Notes: a model not told the origin generated them from the letters alone. Counted from the stretch's first letter, positions 47,001 to 60,107 are shown. The stretch is DNA of 64,000 bases from Guillardia theta CCMP2712 (GCF_000315625.1 NW_005434451.1:1-64000); one strand, 5' to 3'. Numbers and translations are program-made.

Positions 47001-48421
47001 ACGAGCTGAGATTCAAAAGATGGAAGAAAGGCGAGTTTGGGAAGTGGTCCCGAGGTCTGATGAAACTCGAGGTAAAATTCTTGCGAGAGCGATGTGGGTT
47101 TATTCCTCAAAGAGAGATTTACATGGCAACATTCTGAAGAGAAAAGCAAGGTTGGTTGTGATGGGCAATCTTTTACCCACGTCCGAGGAGTTGTTTGCGC
47201 CGACGACGTCGATGGATAACATTCGGTTGTTACTCAGCATAGCGGCAGGAAATGGATGGATTATCGCCTTCCGAGATATCGCGGCCGCGTTCCTATACAG
47301 TGAATTGAACGAACCGATGTTCATGATACCGCCTGACATCATGGCTTTGCCTCCGAATGTTTTGCTCAAAGTAACCAAAGCGATATATGGGACGCGAACA
47401 GCTCCGCGACGATGGTGGGAAAAGCTGTCTCGAGAATTCCTGCGTCTGGGCGCGGAACCTGTTGGCCATGATGAAATCATTTACAGATATGAACACAACG
47501 GCTCAAGAATTCTCATCACGACATGGGTGGATGATCTTCTTCTGGTATGTGAGAATCAAGAAGTCTGTAATTATTTTTTGGACTGCTTGAGCAAGGTATT
47601 CGACTTTTCTGGTAGTGAAGCTACAGGTACATTCCTGGGTATTCGTGTTCACCAAGATTTGACGAAAGGAACTATTACCTTGAGTCAGAAGCATTTTATT
47701 GAACAGCTGGTTGAGAAATTTGGAATAGCTCTTCGTTCAGTGTTTACTATCTTGCCTGGAGTGTACATGCGGAGTTATCATCTAGAGGGAGAATTGTTGG
47801 ATAAGTTCTCGGTGAGACAATATCAGGCTCTTCTTGGAACAATCTTGTACGTTGCTAATGGGACAAGAGCTGACATTTCCTTCGCGGTCAGTCTCTTAAG
47901 CAGATTTGCACGGGCACCCAGAGTGCGTGACTGGGATGCATTGGTTCACTTGGCGAGGTATCTGTACACGACGAGAGATATTTGTATTGTTTACCATCAG
48001 AGAGGTGTATCTGTTAATCAGGAGGTGTTTCACAATGAACTCGTAGCTGCGAGTGATAGTGACTGGGGGACGGATGTCTTGACGCGACGAAGTCAGTCCG
48101 GATGGGCTATCGTAATGAACGGAGGAGTAATTTCATATGGTTCGAAAGCGCAGAAAGTCATATCACTTTCATCGTCAGAGGCAGAAATCTATGCGACATC
48201 AGTAGTCGCCAAGCATATCAAGATGTATCGAAGCTTACTTCAACAGTTAGGGTTTTGCCAGCAACGTCCGACGATGCTCCTGCTGGATAATGAGCCGTGT
48301 ATTCGTTTGTTGACCGAGAAACGAGCATATTCTAGACTGAAGCACATCGACTTACGTGCTAAGTTTGCTGTTCTCATGGTGGATGAGGGAGAATTACTTC
48401 CTGTGAAAGTTCCTACTAAGT
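44065..48421 (+). pseudogene. Copia pol (PR-IN-RT-RH) with in-frame TAA at 45469-45471
   Basis: ORFs 44065..45471 and 45481.. share a frame, and the stop falls inside the integrase core (PDYSQVY*ANSMAER). Confidence 0.9.
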
Positions 48422-50026
48422 NNNNNNNNNNNNNNNNNNNNNNNNNNNNNNNNNNNNNNNNNNNNNNNNNNNNNNNNNNNNNNNNNNNNNNNNNNNNNNN
48501 NNNNNNNNNNNNNNNNNNNNNNNNNNNNNNNNNNNNNNNNNNNNNNNNNNNNNNNNNNNNNNNNNNNNNNNNNNNNNNNNNNNNNNNNNNNNNNNNNNNN
48601 NNNNNNNNNNNNNNNNNNNNNNNNNNNNNNNNNNNNNNNNNNNNNNNNNNNNNNNNNNNNNNNNNNNNNNNNNNNNNNNNNNNNNNNNNNNNNNNNNNNN
48701 NNNNNNNNNNNNNNNNNNNNNNNNNNNNNNNNNNNNNAGACAGCGCTTTGGGAGCAACTTTGAACTTCAGTGGGATTTATCCCAGCTTGAATACAATGGG
48801 GTTCATCGTACAGCTGGTATCAACGAGCAATCGCCTGCACCAATCTCTGATTCAGGGAGGGAGAACCTTGGAAGGAAGGTTTGATATTGAGAAGTAGAAT
48901 CAGATGATTGGCATGGCGTGGTATCAAGCTTCTTCTCCCGAAGACTGTTCAAGGAACTCTAGGTCAAGTCAAGCAGGTTAGGATGTGAAGCCTCCCATCA
49001 TGATCGCAAGATACAAGACCTATGATCGCAAGAATTGAAATGAGAATTGAAATTGATGAAAAATCGGCCGTTGAGAAATTGAGAAATTGAAAATGAAGAG
49101 ATGATTGATGGGGAAAGGCAAATGAAAGAAGATCATATGGTCAATATGAGAATTGAAATGAACATGCATGCAAATGAAATCTCAAGAGCTCTCAGGTGAA
49201 ATGGCGCCAAATCAAATCATTCTTACCGCGGTTAGATAGCGATTTGTTAGATGGGCCCGTAGAGCAGGATAGTTAGGACAAACACATTGGTCATGAATGA
49301 GGTGGACATCATTGGGTGGAAAATTTGGATTGAGAAAGTCAGATGGGTTAAATTTGGATTGAGAAAGTCAGATGGGTGACAATTGAAATCGATGGGATTT
49401 GAAGCACAATGATGGGATGGATGACTAGATGATCAGAAAGGTGTCTGGGGAGCCTGACTGATCAGAGGGGAAGCCTGACGAACAAGTGCAGTGCGGCACA
49501 GTCGAGTTCAGGTGGTGGAGGAGTGTTGATGGTACTGACGAGGTTTCTATGAAGGAGAGTGTGTAGGTAAAAGATGGATGGAGAAGGATCTAGGAGCCTG
49601 AGCAAGAAGCAGCTTGGAGCATGGAGGAGGATCTGGGTGCAGGAGGATCTGGGTGCAGGAAGGAGCTTGGAGCATGGAGGAGGAGATTGCGATTCAGGAG
49701 GACGCAGGGAGCAGCTAGCATGGAGGATGCAGAAGCTTGATGGAGGAAGCAGGAGCTTGATGGAGAGATTGGGATCCAGAAAGAGCAGCAGCTTGGAGGA
49801 GGNNNNNNNNNNNNNNNNNNNNNNNNNNNNNNNNNNNNNNNNNNNNNNNNNNNNNNNNNNNNNNNNNNNNNNNNNNNNNNNNNNNNNNNNNNNNNNNNNN
49901 NNNNNNNNNNNNNNNNNNNNNNNNNNNNNNNNNNNNNNNNNNNNNNNNNNNNNNNNNNNNNNNNNNNNNNNNNNNNNNNNNNNNNNNNNNNNNNCAGCGA
50001 GATGGAAGTGGGTTTCGACATAGGTC

Positions 50027-50342
50027 TGTAATTAAGGAATCGACGAGCCTGAGGGTCAGGCGGAGAAGAGGGGGTTAGGAGGACTCATGTCCACTGCGCG
50101 CTGTGCATTGTACTGGGTTGCAAGGGACTGAAGGGAAGGTGACTGCTGTGAATAAAGGAAGTGTTGTGTGGTTCTTCTGAGAGTTCTATCACCATCAGTG
50201 AAGGTGTTAGAGACTGCACAGCTGTGTATCGTTGAGGTGAATAAGGTTGGTGTGAGGATCTCAGGTGTACTGAGAGTTAGTCTTTGGTGGATCTTGGGTT
50301 AAATAGATTCTGGCCAGTGAGGTGGAGGTTGATTCGATTATA
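50027..50342 (+). repeat. Putative 3' LTR (boundaries tentative)
   Basis: Contains the segment duplicated at 42065-42197. Imperfect inverted ends TGTAAT..GAATCGAC / GTTGATTCGATTATA. No clear PPT directly before 50027. Confidence 0.55.
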
Positions 50343-50520
50343 TAGGCTCTGATAGGCTCTGATAGGCTCTGATAGGCTCTGATAGGCTCTGATAGGATCT
50401 GATAGGCTCTGATAGGCTCTGATAGGCTCTGATAGGCTCTGATAGGATCTGATAGGCTCTGATAGGCTCTGATAGGCTCTGATAGGCTCTGATAGGCTCT
50501 GATAGGCTCTGGTAGGATCT
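50343..50520. repeat. 10-bp satellite (GATAGGCTCT)n, right of Copia element
   Basis: Same unit and orientation as 41633-41745. Confidence 0.95.
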
Positions 50521-51094
50521 TATTTTCTCAAGTTCAGTGTCAATTTGACCCCTTGTTCCAAATGTTTGTGCTCATTCTTCAAAGTTATACATAATGCTTC
50601 AATCTTCTTTGACTTGCTCCTGAAAGTCTGATACCGTACCAACGCAGAGGAGAAGCAGAGGCAGGAGGAAGGACTTTAAGGGAGCAGACAGAGGCTGACA
50701 AGGAATGAAGCGGCAAGGCAGAGGCAGTTGTTGGGATAGGAGGGAAGAGATCAGACACTAGGTTGTAGAATGAGGAAAGTTGGTCCCTTGAAGCCGTCAC
50801 GGTGCCGAACGAGATCAGAAATCATATGCACACAAGGTGCCAAGAGAACAACAACAAGTAGTGGAATCAGGTCAGCTGGTCCTTTTAGCCATGGATCAGT
50901 GCGTCAGGTTGTAGATCAGAGCTCTTGCGAAAACACTGTCCTCCTCCTCATCGCTCTCCGCTTACGCTCGCACTCGTTGTGTCGCAGCTCTCATCGCGAT
51001 AGCTTCTGATCGCATCCTTCGTCACCCCCGTCGCAACGAGCTCAGCACCAACGCCTCCATCCCCGCCATCATTATCCGTAACGCCTTTCTCGCC

Positions 51095-52824
51095 ATGACG
51101 ATCGCGTCGTCGTCCGTTTTCATGCCTTCCATGCTCGTGTGGGGCAGAGGTGCGACAAGGTTTGCGATGCTTGAGCGGTGGAGATGACGGAGGTGGCAGG
51201 GGTCAGGACGGCCACTGCGCTCCCCGTCCTCGCTCCCCGACCCCTCGCGCTCCAACCGCAGGCTGCTTGCTTCAAGTGGGAGGAGAGGAGGGGGGGGAGA
51301 TGGCTGACCTTTGACGCAGGAGGAGTAACATGGGGTTGAGGATGCAGCTGAAGCCCAACGAACCCGAGAGTCAGGCAAGCATGAAGGAGGAGAGGAGGGG
51401 GAGAGGAGAAGGGACAGAGTGAGGGGGGAGATAGAGGGAGATCAAGGCGAGGGCAGAAAGGATAAAAACTGACTGAAGGTACAGGAGCTGGAAACGGACA
51501 AAGACACTCGTGAGCTCATATTCTCCTTGTGCCTGTTCCTCTGCCTCTCTGCTCTTTATTTGCAGTGCTTCCTCTCTGTGTCTCTGTGTCTCTCCCCCTC
51601 TCTTTTTTCCGCTGTCAGCATTGTCTTAGGGCATAGGCTGCATCTCAGATTCTTTCCAGGCCCCTCCTCAGGCCCTCCCTTGGGTTTGCGAGCCTTCAGA
51701 ACTGGCGTGGACAAAGTCAGGGACGAAGCTTTATCATACCTCAAAGAGGCGCGCGAGATCATTGGGGACGATGCTCCCGATCAGACGAGTGCCTATCTCC
51801 TTGCCTTGCGTATGAGTACGAGAGACATGGAGAGGGAGATGGAATACAAATGGGCCCTGAAGGAAATGGAGAGAGAGATGATGAGGAATGCTGAGACTCA
51901 GCCTCACAAGGAGAATACCGAGACTCCTCAGAAGGATACCGAGACTCCTCAGAAGAATACCGAGACTCCTCAGAAGAATACCGAGACTCCTCAGAAGAAT
52001 ACCGAGACTCCTCAGAAGGATACCGAGACTCCTCAGAAGGATATCGAGACTCCTCAGAAGGATACCGAGACTCCTCAGAAGGAGAATACGTACGAAACTT
52101 ATCAGTTGCAGGCTTTGGAACAGGAGGCAAACATAGTGGAATTGAACGCATCGCAACAAACATTCCAGGCAGAGGCAGAGATGCAACTGAAGATACAGCG
52201 GTGTGAGCAGCTAGTCCATTACTACAAGCGTCAGCTGTCCGACTTAACTCAAAGGTCAGCATCAATCTGCTTGACATGTGCAGGATGATATTGCACTCAC
52301 ACAGGTATCTGATTGAGAGCTTTCTCTCTAAAGTGTGCGAGATCACTGTCTCGGGCAACAGAGACATCTCGCCGGAGCTCCGATCTGCGATCAAGAACTT
52401 GCCCAAGCACGACATGGAGATTTTGACGTCAAGCACTCGGCCCTATAGAATTGAATACGCGTATAAGATCTTGGGGCGCGACCATCAGTACCGGCAGGCA
52501 TTATGGAAACAGCTCGGGTTGCCAGACGACCTTATGTTACCTGCCTGGGACAAGGAGATGGAGATGTACGGGTTGTTCGAGCTGAGGGCACGAGGCGGAC
52601 AAGTGCCGCTAGTATTTGTATCTTCAGAAGCAGGAGACAAGGTGATCAGGTTCTTCACAGAGGTCGCGAAGTTGTTCCACATGAAGGCAGACGTCTTCGA
52701 CGAGGTGCAGGCAAGTGCGGGAGAGTCATACGAGCTCACCTCTCACTTTGGAGACGAAGAGGAAGCAAATGATGACTCATCGGACATTCAAGTCGAGCCT
52801 CAGGCTACTTCCTCCTCTGACTGA
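51095..52824 (+). CDS. Hypothetical protein with TETPQK[D/N] repeats and coiled coil; paralog A with eroded presequence
   Basis: 5' exons match the gene at 54696. Long exons at 51660-52253 and 52305-52824; 21-bp coding repeat at ~51912-52085. Confidence 0.65.
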
Positions 52825-54695
52825 GATCGTCGGACCCCGGTTTCATCCGCGTCTCGGCTGCTGCGATCACTGGCCGCCGCTTCAATGTGTAAGCCGTTTG
52901 TCCCGCAGCCCAACTTCAATGAACTTCGGACTCCGGGAACATCGGCGTGCGTTCCGACTTAGTCCGACACGGTTCCAAGCCTTGAAGTCCGGAGACACCC
53001 CGGGCGTCTCGCCGGAAGTTCTGACTCGCCAAGCCATGATGAGTCCCGGGGCCGCCTCCGAGTGACCGTCTGACTCACTGGCAGTGACAGTGAGAGTCAG
53101 CGGCCCGGCCGGCAGTCCGATTGACGGTACCCGCCGGTAGTCAATGACTCTGTGAGTACTAGGCTGGCCGATGATCGGATCGGTCATCATCCCGGCGGGG
53201 CACGGTGTCACTCAAGGCTGGTCACTCCGACAGTACTAGCCCGGCAGTCACTCAGTACGGTCACTGTAGCCCCCTGCGTAGTGCTGGGCCGGGGGCGGCC
53301 CGCCCCGGCCCCCGTGAGTGGCCCCGGCCGGCCGGGTCACCGTACACGGCCGGGCGGTACGGTCGGCGCTCAGCTGGGGCCGCGGGCCCCAGCCTGCGGG
53401 ACGGGGGCCTCGAACACCACCCGCGTCGATGAGACCAGTGAGGCGCTCAGCGGCTGGTGATAGGCTCGGCGGCTCCGGGCCCGGCTCGGCGGCGGCGGGC
53501 CCGGCTCCGGCGATTCCGATCGGCGGGCCCGGCAGCGTGGGCCCGCCGGGCCGGGCCACCGTACACTGGCTGAGGTGTAAAATCTGTCATACAACTGTAT
53601 CTAATCCTTTATATAATCCGGTGACATGGTATTGGAGTCAGTTTTAGATATTATAGAATAGTAGGAGAAATAAATTTATGGGTCACAGCACAATAGTGGC
53701 TGAAACAGAAATTAAAATAAATCTAGTAGCATTTTAATTATTAAATTTAATTTTGGTAGAAGGAGGCCGTCAGCCCATGGTACTAATGGGAACACATAAA
53801 ATTAAGTTTGCATTCCATCCCCTAGGATCCAAATATTACTCTCAATATTCAAAGATACAGATCAATTTTAACTGCTTTTGAAGTGACTCCTGAAGTCTAA
53901 AACTAGGGGGGTGATGTAAGGAATGAATTCAGCCGCCATGCCTGACAGGCGCTGTTGATGAGCGGGAAGGAGGGGAACAAGGAGCAGGGACGATGATGAG
54001 GAGGAAAGAGGAGAAGCAGAGGCAAGAGAACAGAGGAGGAGCAGACAGAGGCTGAGAAGGAATGAAGCAGCAAGTCAGAGGCAGGTGTTGGGATAGGAAG
54101 GGCGCTAGAATCGCACGCTTACGAGACGATATGCTGCTATGTGGCAAGAGGCTAACGGGAAGGCAAAGCTGCTCCTTTGAAGCCGTGCCGAATATGATCA
54201 GGGATATGCACAGAAGATGCCAAGGGAACAACTAGAAGTAACGGGATGAGGTCAGCTGGTCCTTGCAGCTTGGATCAATGTGTCAGGTTGTAGATCAGAG
54301 CTCTTGCGAAAACACTGCTTCTTGTCTGAGGGATGGAAGGAAGAGGAAGATCCTTTGTCTGCTGCATCTGACCGTCCCTCTTTGTCAGCGTGCTCGGCTC
54401 CAGAGACGAACTCTAGCATGTCCTCGATACAGTAGAACATTGATCAGGAGTGAACACCGAGCTTGACAGGTTCTTGCAGCTGCTCCCATTCGTCCTCCTC
54501 TATCTGCTCCCCCTGTTTCTCACCGTGCTTGCTCTTTCTGCCTGTGGATCTGCCTCCTCCTCATCGCTCTCCGCTTACGCTCGCACTCGTTGACGTGGCG
54601 TGTGTGTCGCAGCTCTCATCGCGATAGCTTCTGATCGCATCCTTCGTCACCCCCGTCGCAACGAGCTCAGCACCAACGCCTCCATCCCCGCCATC

Positions 54696-55200
54696 ATGAT
54701 CCGTATCGTCTTTCTCGCCATGACGATCGCGTCGTCGTCTGCTTTCATGCCTTCCATGCTCGTTGGGGGCAGAGGTGCGACAAGGTTTGCGATGCTTGAG
54801 CGGTGGAGATGACGGAGGTGGCAGGGGTCAGGACGGCCACTGCGCTCCCCGTCCTCGCTCCCCGACCCCTCGCGCTCCAACCGCAGGCTGCTTGCTTCAA
54901 GTGGGAGGAGAGGAGGGGGGGGAGATGGCTGACCTTTGACGCAGGAGGAGTAACATGGGGTTGAGGATGCAGCTGAAGCCCAACGAACCCGAGAGTCAGG
55001 CAAGCATGAAGGAGGAGAGGAGGGGGAGAGGGGAAGGGATGAGTTTGTGAAGACGGAACACCGAGGAGAGGGAGAGGGCGAGCATGAGGACGAGGAGGGA
55101 AGGGGCAGGGAGGAGAAGCACTGAGCGCAGGTGCAGGAGGCAGCTGTGCAGGAGCTGGAAACGGATCCGCAGACCTTCAGCAAAGCTGTCAAAGACACTC
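54696..55200 (+). CDS. Paralog B: plastid-presequence-bearing hypothetical protein, 3' part lost in N gap
   Basis: MIRIVFLAMTIASSSA|FMPSMLVGGRGATRF bipartite presequence. Small exons follow up to QELETDPQTFSKAVKDT. Confidence 0.65.
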
Positions 55201-55556
55201 GTGAGCTGATACCTCCTCCTGCTCCAGCCTTCGCCTCCTGCCTCCTTCTGCCTCCCCCCCACCTCCTCTCACTCGACTCNNNNNNNNNNNNNNNNNNNNN
55301 NNNNNNNNNNNNNNNNNNNNNNNNNNNNNNNNNNNNNNNNNNNNNNNNNNNNNNNNNNNNNNNNNNNNNNNNNNNNNNNAGAAGGAGGAGGAGGAGGAGG
55401 GGGAGGAGAAGAAGGAGGAGGAGGAAGAGGATCATAGTGTAAACAAAAGAAAGCAAGGAGACAAAACATTGGAAGGTCAGAGAACTGGGAAGAGGAGGGG
55501 GAAGGAGGAGGAGGAAGAGGAGGAAGGAGTCAGACAGACGATGATGGGAGACAACC

Positions 55557-56360
55557 ACCTGGCCATCCATTGGTAGGCAGGAACGAATTGATTGTAAGGG
55601 TAGGGAGCAGAATCTGTCCAGATGTCCGCGATCTCGCACAAGAACTTGCCGGGGTAAAGCTCGTCCAGGGCCCCCTGAATGGCCTTCGCAGACGCCTTGT
55701 GGCCCCCTCCAGTGTCAGAGAGGAGGAAAAGAACTCGCTTCCTCCCGTCCCGCCGGGGAGGAACAAGCTCTGCGTTGGCGTCTGCGAGGAAGAGCGGGAA
55801 GGAGGAGGAGGGGAGGACCCTGACAACCTGATCCCGTTCCACACGCCGAACCCGGTGAGCGAGGAGAGGATGGAACGAGGAATCTGTGCTGTCCTCTTGA
55901 AGAATCCTCGGGGCAGCACGAAGCCACTGGGGTTGAAGCCGAAGAGCTTCATGTAGGGTTGGCATGCCCGACCACGAGCAAGAGGAGAGGAGGAGGAGGA
56001 GGAGGAGGAGGAGGAGGAGGAGGCAAGGGAGGAGGATAACTCGCTCAGACTAAACTTTCTCCACTTGCCATCCTTGGCACTCCAAAGGATCAGGTCGGCG
56101 GCTCCTCCGATGAAGGCCAGCTCCTCCGCCCTCACGTCTCTCACGCTCTCTCCCTCAGCATGCTCTAGCGAGACTCTCCCGCACCCCCTCCTCTCGCCTC
56201 CTTCCACATGCTTCGCAGGCAGCAAGGAGCTCTGGTAACCGGAGGCAGCAGGAGGGAAAGAGGCTAGCTCCTGCACAGCACTGACGATGGAAGGAGAGCC
56301 ACACCAGAAGGCAGAGAGGAGAAGAAAGAGGAGGGAAGTGGAGTGCAGACGAGGATTCAT
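55557..56360 (-). CDS. MGD1: Monogalactosyldiacylglycerol synthase (GT28), 5' part; remainder lost in N gap
   Basis: KRVLFLLSDTGGGHKASAKAI...DIWTD..PYPYNQFV..Y is the MGDG synthase N-terminal signature. Signal peptide MNPRLHSTSLLFLLLSAFW. Two introns reconcile the frames. Confidence 0.85.
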
Positions 56361-56887
56361 ACTGCAGCCCCTGACAGCAAGACCTACACGCGCAAGTAAG
56401 TACATCATAGAAGATTGGCAGGCCGTGGGAAAGGCGGGAAGAAGTTACTTTGCATGCTCCCTCCTCACACATTGTAGTTGAGCAGAACATACAATTATAG
56501 CTCGAGCGACCGATCGACCCATCCCATCCTTCCTCTAACTTTCCGCCTTCCATGTTCGACTCGGTCATTCTATCCTCCTCGCTCCCCACTGGACTTGAAA
56601 TCTTGGAAGCAATAGTCGATTCAAACTCAGAAACATAATGTTTTGAAGCCTCTTCCTCCTGACCAACCTCTTCCTCCACTTATTCCATAACGAATCCACC
56701 TTGCATGCCCCATCTAGATACTGCTGCTACGTCTCCTGCTGCCGATACTGTAGACGCAATACGGATTCTTGACTGGGACCTTCCTGCTCTCATCCTATAT
56801 AACCTGAGATGATACATTCACGATCCCTGCTCATCTCCCTCCTCCTCTTGCTCTTGCTTTCCTCCTGCTTTTCCTCCTCCCCCCCTC

Positions 56888-56956
<69 letters not shown>

Positions 56957-58347
56957 GCTCCTGCTTATGTTCCTCCTCCTCCTCGTCTTCGTCGTCGTCC
57001 TCCTCCTCGTCCTTCTCGTCCTCCTGCTCCTCCTCCTCTTGATCCGCACTCTCCCCTACATCCGCCATTACTGACGGAGGCCACGCCTTTTTAAAACTAA
57101 ATTAAATGGCAGCGCTTCAATATTAAATATATGTTAAACTTTATAAAATGTTTTGGATAATGAAGTATATTTTTAGAGTCTGGGTTTGCTCTAGAGAGTT
57201 TTGATGCCATGGTACTGTTTAATAAACATATTTTAACAAAGATCATGAATATCTCAACGCTTCGTTGCATTATATTGAGTTGTTTATACTTATCGATTTT
57301 ACTATACAATAATATTTTGTATTGTATCCACATCCCCACTCGTGTCCAACAGGACCCACACCAGGACCCACCCCCTGAATTGCTTTGGAAGCACCCTCCA
57401 GTACCACCCCACCCCCAAATTTGTCATATCTTCGCCTAAGTTGACATACTCTGCACCAAAGACTTGAAGATATGCTTCTCAGTTTGAACTTATTATCGCA
57501 AAAATATTGAAACTATTTTAAAACTGGATATGCAGGGTGGGTAGGTAACAGTTACAACCTCACTTTTGCAACACGTATGGAAAAGAGGGGTGGTGTCGAA
57601 TATGGTACAATATGTACCCGTCCTTTTCATATGAAAATAATGGGTACTTAATTAGAGAGGGTGATATTGGTGGGGTATGGATGACAATGAGACATGGTGG
57701 TACATGGAAAGGGTCTCGGAGCAGGGGTGGGGGTACATTCAAGATGGAATGAGGTGGTAGGTGGTGTATTTGAAGGGGTTATTCACCGTTACTGAGAAGG
57801 GATGAGGGGTAGGTACTTCAGAGATTGCGAATTTTCTGGGGGTGGTACCGTGGTAGGGGTGGTGGAACGAGGGGTGGGGGACACCGATGTGGACGGAACG
57901 GCAAAAATGAGGGCATGGGCGCGAAGGAGAAGAGGAGGAGGAGGAGGAGGAGGAGGAGGAGGAGGAAGAGAACGAGAGAGACCAGCAAGACGTACAGTGT
58001 AAAACTGACAGTTGTCATGGTATCCATCGGAAGGAAAGAGCAGCAGTGATTCAGGAATGGAAGGTTTGTTCAGTAGCTACGAATGCAGCTGTAGGCGAAG
58101 AGAAGAAGAGGGAGGAGTGGAGGAGGAGAAGAGGAGAGGGTATGAATGTCCGCAGAAAACGAAAATAATGCATTTTAGAGAGTGATCATGATGGTCAAGG
58201 AGAGTTGATGTAGATAGGTCCCTCAACATCAAAACTTGTCAAATCGAGATTTGATGACAGGAGACCAGATGTCCACGGCATCCCTGACTGTGCTCGCAGT
58301 GGTCTTGCAGAACTTTGAAAGCGACCTCACTTGTTTCCACGACTGTC

Positions 58348-60107
58348 ATGTCGTCGTCGCCTAGCAGCCCCATCCTCCTGCTCCGGCTGGAGCGAGCGGA
58401 GTATGACAACGTTCAGCTGAAGCGAATGCTGGAAGCGGCGCAAGAAGAGCTCAGGCTCAAGTCAGAGCGAGTGGAACTTCTGCAGCACAACCTCGTTGCA
58501 AGCCGATCGAGAGAGCAGCTGTCGTCGGGCTCCATGAAGTCGATCGAGGGCGCGTTGCACAAGGCTAAGCAGGAGCAGCAGAATGCGATGCAGGAACGAG
58601 ACGAGTTGCTGGTGTACCTTGAGAGATTGAACTCTGTAAGCTCCGCTTGCTCCTCCTTCTCCTCCTCTTGACCTGTTACTCCTCTTCCTCCTCTTGACCT
58701 GTTACTCCTCCCCCTCCTGCATCCAAGCCTTGCAGCTCGTTTTTGTGATGCAGCATGTGGACAATCGTTCCCTCCCTCCCTGCCTCCACATCCTGATTTT
58801 CACTTCGCTTCCTGACGTGTCCGGGTGATGCAGATGCAAGTGAAGAAGAGCATGAGCTTGCAGGAGTGCTTCACTAACCGAAGGTCCACCTGCGCGTCTT
58901 GTGTAGGGCGTGGGCGTCTCTAACGCAAGTTGCAGGAGGTTGTCGACACTGAGGTCTGCCCTCGAGCACATGGCTGAATACCACCGGAGAAATCAATTCT
59001 TCAACAAAGTCCGACACAACTTCCTGACTCGAAGGAGAATGTTTCTGTGAGTGACCCGATCCCCTCCCTCTTTTGGCCCGATCCCCTCCCCTCTCCTTCT
59101 CCCTCGCCTGCCGTCTCCCTCTTGTCCCCTCTGCTCCGTTTCCTGCTCTCCCATCGCTTCCGTCTCCTCCTCCAGCGCACTTGTTCTTCACAACCTCGGT
59201 CTCGTGCTCCCTGTTCTTCTCCCGTTGCGCTTCATAGCAGTGCATCCTTTACCTCACCATCTCCCACAGGGCTCGATCGGCGCTTGACACTCTGGCCGAA
59301 GGAGTCGTGCGAGAAAGAAAGCTGTCACAGCTTCACCAGTCCTGCCATCACCATAGAATGAGGGCAGCGTTGCTGGCATGGAAGGATGTGGAGCCTGAGC
59401 GAGGTAACCTGCTCCTCCTATGCCGCCCCTTGGCTGACCACTTTTCTCCTTAGCCTCCTCCCTCAAGATCCGGATCGCTCCTGAAGTGCAATCGGCAGAT
59501 CCTGTGCCGTCGGAATCATTCGCAAGGCAAGAGGAGGAGGAGGAGAAGGGGAGAGGAGGAGGAGGAGGAGGAGGAGGAGGAGTAGGTGGTCTTGGGATGC
59601 TGATAGTGCAGAACAGGAGCTTCGGCCTGGTAACGGACAAGAGCGGAAGCTTCCTCTTTGCTACCAAATTTCTTGGAGAAGGGACGAGTGCAGCTGCAGC
59701 TAAGGAGAGGAAAGGCCCAGCTGCAGCCCAGGAGCGTCCTGGCACGGACAAGGAGACGAAGGGAAAGCTGCGTCCACCTCAACCTGCTGTACTGGCGAAC
59801 TCACCGATGAAGAGGTGGGTGGATGATTGAGAGGAGGAGGAGGGGGAGGGAGGAGTGAGGAGGAGGGAGAAATATGATTACAGGGTCGTGCTGTGAAAGC
59901 TGAATGACGGTTGTCTTGGCCAGTTGTGGAGCGAACGACCCAGACCTGGTGCCGAGGGCTCACTCAGAGTACTCTTGGAGGAAGAGCCAGGTGAAGCAAA
60001 CGTCCTTCAGTCAGGTAAGAGGCAGTAGATGCGTATCATATGGCGCTGAAGGTGATCTACCACCAGCTGTTTGGCTCCCTCCGGTTTATCTGAAACCAAG
60101 AGAATGA
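58348..60107 (+). CDS. Hypothetical multi-exon coiled-coil protein (3' end approximate)
   Basis: First exon LRLERAEYDNVQLKRMLEAAQEELRLK...; further GT-AG-bounded exons. Confidence 0.5.

Larger units (their letters stand above)
42065..50342 (+). mobile_element. Ty1/Copia LTR retrotransposon, decayed (left end in N gap)
   Basis: Identical LTR segments at 42065-42197 and 50155-50287. Domain order PR (LLDSGA), IN (HHCC; VD..S, SDNGSEF, AER), RT (KARLV, FAP, AIYG, WVDD), RNase H (SDSDW, SLSSSEAE, DN, KHID) is diagnostic of Copia. Confidence 0.95.

Noticed and set aside
45469-50342. RIP-like CpA-to-TpA mutation (integrase TAA; LTR ending TA rather than CA)
   Set aside because: Only two inferred sites, the visible LTR segments are identical, and the ancestral bases are unknown.
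54647-55262. Minus-strand ORF as continuation of MGDG synthase
   Set aside because: No GT28 motifs; it is the antisense of the plus-strand presequence gene.
55715-55965. Apparent frameshift in the MGDG synthase 5' region
   Set aside because: Two plausible GT-AG introns restore the frame.
56460-57068. Acidic E/Q-rich ORFs upstream of MGD as extra exons or a gene
   Set aside because: Mostly microsatellite-derived, and I could not build a stop-free spliced model.
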